NCBI RefSeq assembly: GCF_000181795.1
Contig: NW_003526941.1
Location: 6,373,422 to 6,429,743, forward strand
Reading direction: 5' to 3'
Length of the DNA stretch: 56,322 nucleotides
Origin: Trichinella spiralis
Lineage: Eukaryota
Shown: positions 39,717 to 50,999 of the stretch, in pieces
How positions within the stretch are numbered: position 1 is the first letter of the stretch
Layout: every line of letters starts with the position of its first letter
The notes under the pieces: generated by a model
Seen by the model: the letters and a program-made list of their open reading frames with translations, nothing else
The model's database searches: none
What the model was told of the DNA's origin: nothing
Translations under genes and position numbers: made by a program

Positions 39717-42052
39717 ATGAATGTTGAATGTCATTTAAATTTGATTCCACATTTGACTTCCGAGTAAGTGATTTTTTAATGTTTTTGCATATTTTGCGAA
39801 AAAAGCATATTAGAATTGCAAATGAGTTATGCAAATGGAAATTGAAATTGTGCGTTTGTTGCAGCGTTTGGAAAAGTCGAATCGACGATCACTACTGGTA
39901 CCACGGATCGATAGATCGTTCTCAGGCGGAGACTTTGGTTTTGTACCCTGGAGATTTTTTGGTAAAAAACTTTCCTTTGCTTCTGTTATTTATTATGTTG
40001 TACATTTTTATTTATTTATTTCTCAACTAGGTGCGAGACAGCTTGTCACGAGAGCACGATTATGTTATTACGTGCAATTGGCAAGGATATCCTACGCATT
40101 TTGCGATCAGTAGAACGCTGCAAAATCAGGGAACTTTGTACGAAAGAGCTTTTTTCAAAATTGAAGAAGAACAGTTCGATTCTATTCCCGCGTTGATTCA
40201 CTTCTACGTTGGCAACAAGCAACCGCTGACTCGCGATTCTCAATGTATCATATCCAAGCCGGTGAATCGAGATCCCGCTTCCCCACCTAAGCCGTGCGTA
40301 CCATTTCAAGTGGACAGCAATCGTCTGGGTGCTGTTTATCAAGCCGTCATGCAAAACGGTATAGACAATATTGCAATTCCTGAAGTTCCGGACCATATTC
40401 GCAATCGTCCACTTCCTGAATTGCCGTTGATTAAAGAATTTCAACTACAACAACAACAGCAACGACATTATTTAAAAAAATCTTTCAAATCCAGCAGTGA
40501 GAAGAAAGTGTCTTCAGTGAAGCAGCAGCAGCAGCAGTATCCGGCTGAAGTTCGAAATTCTTCAAAGTAATTTCAGTACTTTTTATGAGCATGTAAAGTT
40601 GTTTTTATTCATTTTTTTGTTTTAGCAATATTTCGTTTACAAATATCAACTCATTGGAAGATGGTTACATATATACGGGTAATAACTTCAATGGTATAGT
40701 GGTTGATGATTCAACAGAACGTGCCGACTGGCTTGAAGAGCATGAATATTGTGACATTGATTATGAAGAACTGTTGCCGATAGAAAAATCAAATTCTAAC
40801 GCAGAATTAGCTGCTGATGTTAAAATTATGAACAACAACAGCAGCAATAATGATAATGGAGTAGAAACAAATGATGAAAGTGAAACAGCAACGAAGGCTG
40901 CTGATTCCTTCCTTATTTATGATGCACCCAGCAATGGTGCACCAGTGGATATGAACGACATCGAGTTGCAGTTAACTTCACGTATTCATGTCCAGTCGTA
41001 TACGTGTGAAAAATTTCCAGTCGACTTGAAACCGATGGATTGTAGAATTTGGCCTGAAATTTGTAAAAATTTATTACAATTGGATTGCGCAGAGTTGTGC
41101 TTCTGTTTGAATCGAGAAGATGTTCGATTTCTTTCTGCTCATGCCTGTTCCGCTCATCCGCTGATACCAGTTGATTTGTCTTTACTTTTGCTTCCCCAAG
41201 GCGATCAATTTCGAAAAGATATCATCGAACGTTGCACGACGTTAAAATATTTCATCATAATGTCCATCTTAAATGGGGATAATTTTGCTCAGCGCGTTCA
41301 ACTAATGGTCAAGTGGATTGAAATTTCAGAAAAAATGAAAAATTCTTTTGATAATTTTTTCGCTTTCAACTCCATCATCGCTGCATTGAGTTCGTCGCAG
41401 GTGAGCATCATTATTATTATTGTTGTTGTTGGATTTACTGATTTCATGTGTAATCTTCTTTGATTTCATTTTTTGAATATTAACAGGTAACATCCATAAC
41501 TTCACACTGGTCAAACCTGAGAACCAATTATACCGCATGCGCTGTTACGTACGAATCGAAATTGCGACGAATGTATGTGGAAAAATTGTATTGGAATTTG
41601 AACTGGGCTTCGAATGAGATGAATTTCAAAGGAATTCCTGAATTGGAAACCATTTGTCACCTTTTTCAACCGATTAATGAAAAACCGAATGAAAGTTTTT
41701 TCGACCATTTGTTCAGAGATGATGAACATTTTGGATTAGGTATGAGAATAATAGTGTATTCATATTTTTCAATTAAGCAATGGTTTTCTCGGATATTTAA
41801 ATTATTTTAGAGTCAATTTTGCAAGTGTTGCTTGAAGCTCGTAAATGGAAAAATGTGCAACTGTCGTCGTCAGGTGATCAAGTGCAAGTTGAAGATCCAA
41901 ATTCGTCATCATTTGCCAATGAAATGTTTCAGACAGAGTTTCAAATTTTCACCCTCTGGGGTATTAAAGGTTGTTTGGTAAATTCAACAGAGCGTTATGA
42001 AAAAATGGAAAAATTGTTATCAATTCTTGCAGAACGTTGTGAAATTGAATAA
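39717..42052 (+). CDS. BCAR3/SH2D3 (NSP) family adaptor: N-terminal SH2 plus C-terminal RasGEF-like domain
   Basis: SH2 motifs WYHGSIDR..GDFL|VRDSLS..DYVITCNW..HF and FDSIPALIHFYVG. C-terminal RKDIIER, KWIEI..FAFNSIIAAL, YESKLR and FQTEFQIFTLWGIKGCLVNSTERYEKMEKLLSILAERCE, which is typical of the BCAR3/NSP C-terminus. The start codon (39717) is tentative. Confidence 0.88.
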
Positions 42053-43199
42053 ATTCTACTGAATTAAGAAATGAAAAACACAAAACGACTTTTACATTAT
42101 AAGAATGCCCAACAGATAACTTGGAATATAGTATTAATTAATTGATTCTTTCCTTATCAGAATTATGGTAAACGACTGAATCATGTTGAGAGCGATTTTT
42201 AAATATTAAAATTTTTCACCTTATTTCAAAATATGGGATTGTTATTCATATTATCATCATATATGGAGAAGTGGTGATCGATCAATAGCCGAATAAGTAA
42301 GTCAATGTATGGTAGTATTAGTAGTAAAAAAATTTATTTATCTTTAGTTTTAATAATTTGATTATACATTTTTATAAATTGATTGACAAAGAATAAATAA
42401 ATGATGAAGTTTGTATAAATTTCAATAATAATTAATGTTGACATGTGATTTTGGTTTATTTCATTTTATAAACTTTTGAAAGAATTATTTTCTAAATTGT
42501 CAAGTTAAAGTTAAAATGCTTACTTCTTCGTGATTGTTTGTTATTTAAATTGAATGTTTTTATTTTGACAGCTATTAAGATGAAAATTGCATATATAATA
42601 GAAGTAGTTGATGTGAAAATTAAAGCAGGTGCTTGCTTCATCAGTCACAACAGCGGATAATTGACTGCTTATAGTTGAAAAGAAGAAGAAGAAGAAACTT
42701 TCAGGTCTGTCATGCATGCAAGCAAGCAAGCAAGCAAGTACAACTTGCATGCAGCCTAGCAGAGCATACCCTGTTTTTGCTTGTCAGATTTTGCTCTCAA
42801 TTGTTATCACTAATGCTGAGATTCATCCAATCAAATCAGCATTTAGCTGTGGCGCTTTTCAGATGAATCAGCAAAGAGATTTCATTGAACCAAGTATTCA
42901 ATGATCAAGCTTCATCTTTGCCAAATCAATATCCAGTTGGCATTTTTATCTATTCAAACCCTGATCTCTCCGGAGTGTCGTGCATAATTGCAGTGCGACA
43001 GCCTGTACGAAATCTAATTTCCGCTTGTAAATTGTAATGAAGCTAGCAAACACGACTTAACTGAGAACCATTACGAACATTTATCCATCTTGTCAGTGGA
43101 CGAAATTTACTTGCTACCAATTTTTCACATAACAACAGTCACTCTGCTTGTTGAACGTTTTCAGCTTCACCAGTATCATCATCATCATCATCATCAACC

Positions 43200-43351
43200 A
43201 TGGGATCGTCATGTGTCAAAAAGACCGAATCTATTGACAATACAGAAGATACATCTGGATCTGGCGCTTATCATGGTATGAATCGAAGTGACAATGGGCA
43301 GCGATGCCATCAAAAATTTCGTTCTCTGCGACGACTAGAACCAATAAGTAG
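43200..43351 (+). CDS. Candidate first exon with N-myristoylation/palmitoylation-like start (MGSSCVKK)
   Basis: TTTTCAG acceptor at ~43158-43164, ATG at 43200, open frame MGSSCVKKTESIDNTEDTSGSGAYHG. Donors: G|gtatga and A|gtaggt (phase 1), AG|gtaatg (phase 2). Confidence 0.5.
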
Positions 43352-44126
43352 GTAATGCACGTTCATTTTTTGGTGTGAATTTGGAAATGTTTATTTAATT
43401 TTAATATTCACTAAATAATCCCTTTTTACACTTGCACTCCTTACAGAGCTTAATGATGCATTATTTTTATTTTATAATGATAATGCAACTAGTCCTTGTC
43501 TGCATGCGCATGTAATGTTTACTTTCCGCTAAATGAAGCTTCATTTGTAAATGTGATTAATTTTAACTGCTGAATTTTGCCTTATCAGAACACTCATCTC
43601 CAGTGCTAGTTTGAATAATATTTACAATGAACTAATTTTCTACTGCATATTTCTACTGCAATGAAAACAGCAATTAACTTATAATAAATAGAACTTTTTT
43701 TGAATTATTTTTCATTTTACAAATACGAATATTATTCAATATTTGAAATTAAATTCAGTCAAGCATTTTATTATTATGCATAAAAGAGGAATCAGTTATT
43801 TTTTTTAAATTGATTTTAACAAATTCAGAAAAGAAAATGCATTGTGTGATGAATGTTTTCTTTTGTCATCCGTCTTGTTGTTACATTATGTAAAAACTGT
43901 ACGAGCACATTTATTGATATTCAGGATATACAAAAAATGAACAGTAAGTAATGAAAAAAAGCTCTTCAAAGCGATGAAAAGATGGCATTTATTTTCACGC
44001 TATGATTCGCTGTGGTGCTTGATTAAATAAATAAATAGATTATATCAATTTTATTAATAATAATAATAATAATTGGAATTGAAATCAACGCAGCATCGAA
44101 AAAGTTATGTGAAAGAAACAGCCGTA

Positions 44127-44161
44127 TTTGATTTGATTTGATTTGATCTGATTTGATTTGA
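44127..44161. repeat. (TTTGA)n pentanucleotide microsatellite
   Basis: About seven TTTGA units, one of them imperfect. Confidence 0.8.
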
Positions 44162-44652
44162 ATTTGTTTTTGATTAGCAGATTAGATTTCATCACTTTGA
44201 TACATCTGACTTGTTCAGTGGACTATACATGAGCAAAATTGCCCTGGGTAGTGAATAAAAGCAAATTATGCTTATGATTTTGAATTTCCAAGCGACGATG
44301 GTCATTTTATGTGCAACAAAGCAAAACAAAACACACGAGTACTGTCGATTTGAATTTCTCTATCAATTACGCATAGGAATTTGAAAAAAGAAATTCCTTC
44401 CTTCCAATGAACATCGTATTTCAATTTATCAATTTTACTTGTTGCACAAGATGGTTTTCCAATAGAAAAATGATATTTATTGAGGGATGATACTTATTTT
44501 GTCTCAGGTTGGAATGTTTTCCCAAATGTGTGCGTGTGTGCGTGCCTGTATGTGTGTATGATGTGTATGTATGCAAAAATTTGTACAATTTGCTCAGGGC
44601 AACGAACGTATCTGTCTGTATCCGACTTGATGATACGCTTTCCTGTTTGCAG

Positions 44653-44915
44653 GACGGGAAAGCCAACATTCGGGAACGTTCTATTATGCAATAGCGACTT
44701 TGGCCGACGCTACCCACGACGTAGGTAACATCACGCAGACTTTGGTCCACTTACAGACCCCCTGGTCGCCCTACAAAGATCCTTTAGAAGTTGAGGCTTT
44801 GGTTCGCAAGGCGAAAGCTGAAATGAAAACTATTTCAGTGGCAAATGATTGTCTATTTGTCGATTATCGATTTGTATGCCATCTTCCACCGAACGCTAAA
44901 ATTCGAGCTTCTTGA
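44653..44915 (+). CDS. Unknown-domain terminal exon A (paralogous to exon B)
   Basis: Phase-1 acceptor tttgcag|GA, then RESQHSGTFYYAIATLADATHDVGNITQTLVHL..DPLEVEALVRKAKAEMKTISVANDCLFVDYRFVCHLPPNAKIRAS*. Protein-level similarity to 45311-45564. Confidence 0.7.
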
Positions 44916-45310
44916 AACCCACGTAGCTTCTTCTTCTTTATGTTATATTTATTTCATTTAAAAAGAAGTGTTTTCTCTCTGAAACTTTATTCTATATTAA
45001 TTCATTATTCACAGTGTGAGGTTATTGCTATTCTCTTGTAATTCACGGGTTACTGCAATCGGGACCTATAATTTACGTGTCATGTGCGAGTACGGTGTCT
45101 CAGCAATCAGTCTATCATATGAATAAGTTTGATTTTTTGTAATAATTCAATAAATATGCATATACGTTGGTTTCTCTTTTTGTGAAAAATAATCATTTAT
45201 TATTTACTGTTCAAATGTACAGTCAATTAATCAAATTGAAGATCACACTTCATATGCATGCTTTGTGCTTGCTTGATTTGCATATATGTGCTTTTTCATG
45301 TGATTTTCAG

Positions 45311-45564
45311 GAAGAATTAGTACAAGAAAAAAACGACAAACTGTCATGAATCCGGTGGCATTATTGGCCCAAGCTGCGCACAACGCTACATCAGGAATGA
45401 CAAATGCCCTCATGAATGTTGCCGGTGCTCCGGGACCCGAAGAAGTGCATGAAATGATCCGTCGAGCCAAGGCTGCAGATAAAACCGTTTCAATTAATAA
45501 TAATTGTTTATTTATTGATTATCAATTTGCATGCTACGTACCTCCCTGTTATGACGTTTTCTGA
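45311..45564 (+). CDS. Unknown-domain terminal exon B (paralogous to exon A)
   Basis: Phase-1 acceptor ttttcag|GA, then RISTRKKRQTVMNPVALLAQAAHNATSGMTNALMNV..GPEEVHEMIRRAKAADKTVSINNNCLFIDYQFACYVPPCYDVF*. Confidence 0.7.
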
Positions 45565-45947
45565 ACGTTTTTCAACTTTTCCAACTTGCACAATTTAATA
45601 TTTCAATTCGACTTCAATGGGTGCTTTAACTGTTAGCTTATTGATGATGAATCAACTATGCATTTTTGAAATTAGATAACGTCGCATCAAAAAAATCAGT
45701 GCTCAGTATGGATGTGATTTTTTCTTCAAAAATTGCTTAAGATCATAATGAAATGATCAATCTGTATTTTCTTTGTAAAAAATAATTCTAAGAAAATTTC
45801 TTCAAAAATTTGAAGTTCGCCATGCACAATTACGTCCATTTTTACAACTGCTATTTTGGAACTGCTTTCAATTATAACAAATTTCATTTCATCATTTTAT
45901 TAATTCTTCCAGACAAACATATTTCATTTAAATCAACCGCGCGTTTA

Positions 45948-46859
<912 letters not shown>

Positions 46860-47445
46860 TTTTTCTAAAAATGCCGTATTTTTCAGATTTCTTCAAATGC
46901 CAAAAATCTTACAGAAAACACGTGCTAACGTTTATACAGTATGTAATTGTGACTTTCAAGTTTAGATAATGTTTAAAACTTTAAATACATAAATAAATTG
47001 AATAAAAATGCACAAACTTACGCAATATCAATTAAAATACAAAACTGTAATTAATTAATAATTTATTTTACTATTTTTAATTGAATACTTTACCGTAACA
47101 TTCGGTCAATATTACAGTATAACAGTGCTCGATTTTTGTTCAGTAATGATACTTTATTTTTGATATTTTTTGTAAAAAAACAAATTTTTCACATCATCTG
47201 AAACAAAAAGTATCTTTTTCGCATTAAGGATAATGAAATGATATTCAAATCATATATTGCACTTGCGACAAATAACTGAACTTTTTAATAGCTAATCAAC
47301 ATTTCAGAAGTTGGTTTGTAGAATAAGAGAAAACAGATTATAGGAAAAGCAAATAAAAACAAAGTTAAAAGATTTTGCTAAAATCTACTGACAATGTAAT
47401 GATAGGAATAATTCAATGATAAAAATGAAATAGTTCAAAACGTAA

Positions 47446-48300
47446 CTACAAGCTTTCGATGAATTTCTCGAAAATGGGCACCAAATGTCTGCACACCTGC
47501 TTGCCAACTGCAAGAACTTCATCATGCAGGGTTATGTTGCACGAATTGTCTTCGGATATGCTAGTGATAACAGCTACCGCCAGAACTTCCATACCGCAGT
47601 GATGGGCGACCGTTGATTCCCAGACGATGCTCATTCCGACTACGTCTGAGCCTGCCATGCGAATGAACTTATTTTCCATAGGTGTAGGAAAAGCCGGACC
47701 GCCGATCATACCGTAAACACCATCGTGAAGTCGAACACTGAAGCCTGATTCCTTTCCAGCGATTCTGAACAAGTTGCGCAGGTTTGTCGAATAAGCTCCT
47801 TTAAGATCCGGAAAACGAGGTCCGAAGCGTGAATCATTCGGACCCGTCAGTGGACTAATGCCAGCCAAAGAAGCCAAACAAAAATGATCATTTATCAACA
47901 TCACATCTCCGACTCTGTAATTCGAATTAAGCGCACCAGCGGCCGCAGTCAGAATCACCTTTTTTACGCCCAGCAGAAACATCACTCGAACAGGCATTGC
48001 ACACTCGATCGGTTGATAACCTTCGTAAGTATGGCAACGGCCCCGCATACAGAGGATCCATTTTCCGCCAAGCTTGCCGTAAACAAACTGTCCTTCGTGA
48101 CCTTCAACGGATGGAACCGGGAAACCGGGAATTTCTGCATAACTCAACGTGAGCACGCTGCTCAAACTGTCTGCAAGCTCTCCCAATCCAGTGCCACAAA
48201 TCAAACCCAATTCAGGAGCAACTGTCAATTTTTGCTTAATAAAGTTACTCGTTTCCAGCAAACTATCATAATCCACAGCTACTGGAAAAGAGCGCGCCAT
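47446..48300 (-). CDS. Purine nucleoside phosphorylase homologue (trimeric NP-I family), intronless CDS, divergent base-binding site
   Basis: 284-aa ORF with ICGTGLG, YAEIPGFP.SVEGH, GRCHTYEG, AAGALN, GDVMLINDH, GPNDSRFGPRFP, VGMS and HDEVL. Colinear with human PNP at a constant +4 offset through the core. Confidence 0.92.
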   Translation of the reverse strand: MARSFPVAVDYDSLLETSNFIKQKLTVAPELGLICGTGLGELADSLSSVLTLSYAEIPGFPVPSVEGHEGQFVYGKLGGKWILCMRGRCHTYEGYQPIECAMPVRVMFLLGVKKVILTAAAGALNSNYRVGDVMLINDHFCLASLAGISPLTGPNDSRFGPRFPDLKGAYSTNLRNLFRIAGKESGFSVRLHDGVYGMIGGPAFPTPMENKFIRMAGSDVVGMSIVWESTVAHHCGMEVLAVAVITSISEDNSCNITLHDEVLAVGKQVCRHLVPIFEKFIESL

Positions 48301-50772
48301 TTCTTTTCTCTGTTCCTAAAAAAATACAACCATGAAAGCAGCTTTAAAGCAATTTCAAAATTTCACGATCATTTATTGACCGACACCACTTTGATTACTT
48401 GTTATCAAATCTTTAAACATTACAGAAAATCAAAGCAAACAGTGCACCGCATTCTGTTAAAATCAACAAATATTTTTTCTTCCAAGAAAAGCAAAAAAGA
48501 AACTATTCAACACCATTTCCTCCAGCTAGTGGAATATTTCATTTAAACAATTTTACAAAATAAAAGAAATAAAACAAGCAGCATTAACAAATATGGCGTT
48601 TCCATTCAAAAAAAATAAACAAAATCAGCAAACAAGTTGAATCTTTGTCTAAATATCTATGATTGAATTCTTAAACCATTTTAATAAGATAACATTGATC
48701 AAAAACATACATAAAATCAATAATCAACAAACAGTACAATTAAAATAAAAAAGGGCACATATAAAATTATTAATAAAATTGTACCTTAAGCTGATAAAAT
48801 ATTGTTGCGGTTCAAAATTTAAATAAACAATATATCGAAGAAAAAGTGGAAACAAATACACCCTACGTATTTGAACAAACACGAACATACTGTAATTGCT
48901 GACTTGCCTATCGTAATAAAGTAAAAAAATGTGCAATGAAATGTTTATAGTGGAAGGAAAAATACGATTGAATATATTTTTAATAATTTTAATAAAAATT
49001 TTAACCATGACCAATGTTTAAAAATTAAGTTGAAAAATTTTACCTACCGATAACATAAACTCAGTTGTATAGTATTCCTATAAAATTATGAACGTTAACT
49101 GGAATTTGACATTTTTTTCCGAAGCATTATCAATATTCTTTATTTATGATTTCGAATAATTCATTTATTTAATTACATTTATTTAATAAAAAGCGAGAAT
49201 TTTAGATAGAGATATTTAAATTTAAAAATAGCCATTGCACAAAACCTAACGCTTTGAGAATTCGCGGGCTGAATTTTCAACCTGATTGGTTAGTTTTGAT
49301 TTCTGGTTTCGCCTTCAAATCTGCGATGCCTTTTTTCGTCAGTCTTCTGCCTGGATTTTGTCTGTGGGGTAGTCAGTTGTTCTCTCTCCTGCAATGCTGA
49401 TTTGTGTTTGTCATGCTTTGCTCACTTTCATCAATTTTTCAAATATAATATTCGGCGATAATAATTATTATTATTACATAATACTATACAATAAATTGTT
49501 GTTATATGCGTAAGTATGTTTTGTTGTGCTTTTTAATGTTATGAATAGATACATTACTGAATGATATTAGTGCAATCAATGTTTTAATGACAGACTTGAA
49601 AAGTAACTTATCTTTTGTTTGGAAGCATTGGATTCTCACTTCAGTTCTTGTAAATAATACGTGAAGAATTAACGAAATGTTACATCTGACTGTAGAATTT
49701 TTCACAAATTATGAAATTCGACCGTTATATTAATTAAGATTGTAGTGATAAAACGAGAGAAATGTTACAGTTCCATCTAGTTTTATAAATTCTGTATTTA
49801 GATTCTCTGATTGCATCAGCACTTATCTCTTCATTATTTATCTTAATGACGCTGTGAGTTTTGTTAAGTTTTATTTCAAACCAACATCGTATGAAAATAA
49901 ATTATGAAAACGTTCGTGTCCTGCTGTCTCCGTCAGTAGCGATCTATGACTGAGGGTAATTTATGTTTCTATAAACATATACATATACATATACATATAT
50001 AATGAGCTTTGCAGTTGGCTCAAGTTTAGGCAGGTCTGCTTAATAACTAATAGTAATTAGCAGAATGGACATTTTAATGCAAGTTCCATTTGTTTCAATT
50101 CAAATGATTGAACAGTAAGGTTGAGAAGCAGAAAACATTGATAAAACATTAAATGCTTTATTTATTTCCTTTTCACTTAATTCAAGTAATTTAATAAAGC
50201 AAAACAAAATAAGGTTATGCGATGTTAATCCTAACACTTCCAAATAAAGGAAGATCAACAAATTTATTACGTCAATTTTGTTGAATTTTTCAGCTAGAAG
50301 AGACTTAAAATTTATTTCAAATAATAAAATTTTAATCAAAATACATAAAAATAAATAAATTATAGATACTGAAATCAAAAAAATGTGGAATATCGATTTC
50401 CTGCTCAACACTTTTCCATATGTTTATGTTAAAACTATAGAAAGGGCTTAGATTAACGAAGTCTTTTCGGAACCAAAAAAAAGACTATAGAACTGAGTTT
50501 GGTATCAAAATGTGCAGAATAGCGTGCTCTACTCAACACAGTAATTTCTTTTACGAATTTTACAAAACTAAGTCCACACTAAGAAAAAATCTGAAAAATG
50601 ACTATTTTTTAACGAAACTTTTGTCGCATTTTTTGCCAATAAAAGCCTTTAAAATTATTAAAATTGGAAATACTTTAATACCATCATGTACAGCATTCTT
50701 CGAACTATCCAATAAAATAAATTTCATAAAAATTGAACATATTTCCAGCTTTTTACACGTGTTTTTCTAAAG

Positions 50773-50999
50773 TGGGGTGGGCCTCACCCCAACAATCTAA
50801 CAACATCCTTTTTAATTTTGCGATGTTCTATAGACCGAACAAAAATTGCTGGAGCATTGAAATCTTTTTTAAAATATGTCTTATTGTTTCAAAAGAGATG
50901 TCACAAAGCTTCAGATTATAAAAATGAAAATTGGCAGAATGCGACGAAAAGAAAACCCCCTGGGGTGGGCTCTACCCCAAAAATCCTTCAAAGGGTTAA
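50773..50999. mobile_element. Probable piggyBac-type element end (remnant or MITE)
   Basis: Terminates in ...CAAAGGG|TTAA (TTAA 50996-50999), with two copies of a 19-bp palindromic subterminal motif TGGGGTGGGC(C/T)(T/C)(C/T)ACCCCA at 50773-50791 and 50961-50979. No matching left TTAA|CCCT end was found upstream. Confidence 0.5.

Noticed and set aside
42710..42755. TGCATGCAAG...CTTGCATGCA hairpin around (GCAA)n
   Set aside because: Explained by a microsatellite plus a self-complementary TGCATGCA; the stem is too short for a miRNA precursor.
47884..48546. 220-aa + strand ORF overlapping the PNP gene
   Set aside because: Antisense shadow of a GC-richer CDS running into AT-rich upstream DNA; no recognisable motifs.
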